From Phyllosticta citribraziliensis (taxonomy: Eukaryota): a stretch of DNA of 64,000 nucleotides. Within the stretch, counting starts at the first letter, position 1; each line of letters begins with the position of its first letter. The notes beneath the pieces were generated by a model. It was not told where the DNA came from, did no database searches, and was given only the letters and a program-made list of their open reading frames with translations. Where the stretch lies: positions 744,001 to 808,000 of the forward strand of contig NW_027117347.1 of the NCBI RefSeq assembly GCF_038025025.1. Direction: 5' to 3'. Both the position numbers and the translations under genes were made by a program. Positions 63,107 to 64,000 of the stretch are shown here, in pieces.

Positions 63107-64000
63107 ATGTCCTCCTCTCTTCGTCGACGCGCCGCCGGCAACAGCGGCCAGGATGCTGCCTCCGACGACCAAAGCCGCACCTCCGCCAAAGATGATTCCT
63201 CGTCGCCCGCGCCCAAGCGGACCGTACAAAAGAAGCGCTTTGGCAGCAAGAGATGGAACTTGTTCGTCCTCGGGCTCGGCGGCGTCCTGGGCATCGTACT
63301 TGCCGGATGGTTCGCCCAGAACAACGAGATGATAGACCTGGCAGCTATTGCGGACCTGAATCTGGAGACGATAGCGGACATTCTGCCTGCCGGTCTCCTC
63401 CAGGACGCAAAAGACTTGCAAGTAAGCCTCCAAATGTGGGGATGGGGGAGTTTTTTTGTGAGCCGGCCGTGTGCGGTGCCTTGTGGCTTCAGTCGTGCTT
63501 TTCTTTGCTTTTCAACCATTATATTTGCACAGGATGATTGTGCACGCTTGGACTTACAATGCGATCAACTCTATAGAAACACGAGCGCGAAGCGGTAAAC
63601 TACGATTCGTTTGCGGTCGGTCTCCACGCGCGATCCCAAGGCGTGCAAGCCTCCAACCCCGTCATCATGGTTCCCGGCGTCATATCGACAGGTCTGGAGA
63701 GTTGGGGAACCGAGGAAATATCCAGACAATACTTTCGCAAGCGCCTTTGGGGCAGTTGGACCATGATGAAAGCTCTGGTCATGGACAAGCCCAACTGGAA
63801 GCAGCACATCATGCTGGACAAGAATACTGGCCTGGATCCGCCCGGCGGTATCAAGTTGCGGGCTGCCCAGGGTTTCGATGCTACGGACTTCTTCATCACG
63901 GGCTACTGGATTTGGAACAAGATTTTGGAGAATCTGGCGACCATTGGCTATGACCCCACGAACGCGTTTACGGCGGCTTATGACTGGCGACTCTCGTACA
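63107..64000 (+). CDS. LRO1: Phospholipid:diacylglycerol acyltransferase (LCAT family), 5' part; runs off the window
   Basis: N-terminal basic stretch plus TM. After intron 63422-63576: PVIMVPGVISTGLESW, YFRKRLWGS, GYWIWNKILENLATIGY and AYDWRLSY. Confidence 0.95.

Overview
Eukaryotic, gene-dense, intron-containing DNA from a filamentous ascomycete (Pezizomycotina). The signs are short GT-AG introns with CTRAC branch sites, a Zn2Cys6 factor, bli-3 and a peroxisomal alcohol oxidase; the GC-rich, microsatellite-rich style suggests a Dothideomycete, but that is only an impression. About 20 protein-coding genes can be reconstructed by hand: COQ1, a mitochondrial carrier, a Gbp2/Hrb1-like SR protein, a DHA1 MFS transporter, a Zn2Cys6 TF, a SCOT CoA-transferase, a secreted App1-like protein, a DDHD lipase, alcohol oxidase, RPA2, ARL8, a CorA-like membrane protein, an FMO-like protein, a PCI protein, bli-3, a TM-SH3 protein, CDC7, YCS4, MAK3 and LRO1 (partial). 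I saw no tRNA, rRNA, CRISPR array or intact transposon. The most unusual signals are: (i) a single 3.1-kb reading frame (39641-42739) continuing the CorA-like gene, broken by only three isolated stop codons; (ii) a deletion-compressed Sec18/NSF AAA relic; (iii) an in-frame N-terminal extension of the DDHD lipase blocked by one TAG; and (iv) several splicing oddities (8-nt microexon, GC-AG intron, stop-free 3n introns, cryptic donor in a long intron). Exon boundaries were read manually and not checked against transcripts.
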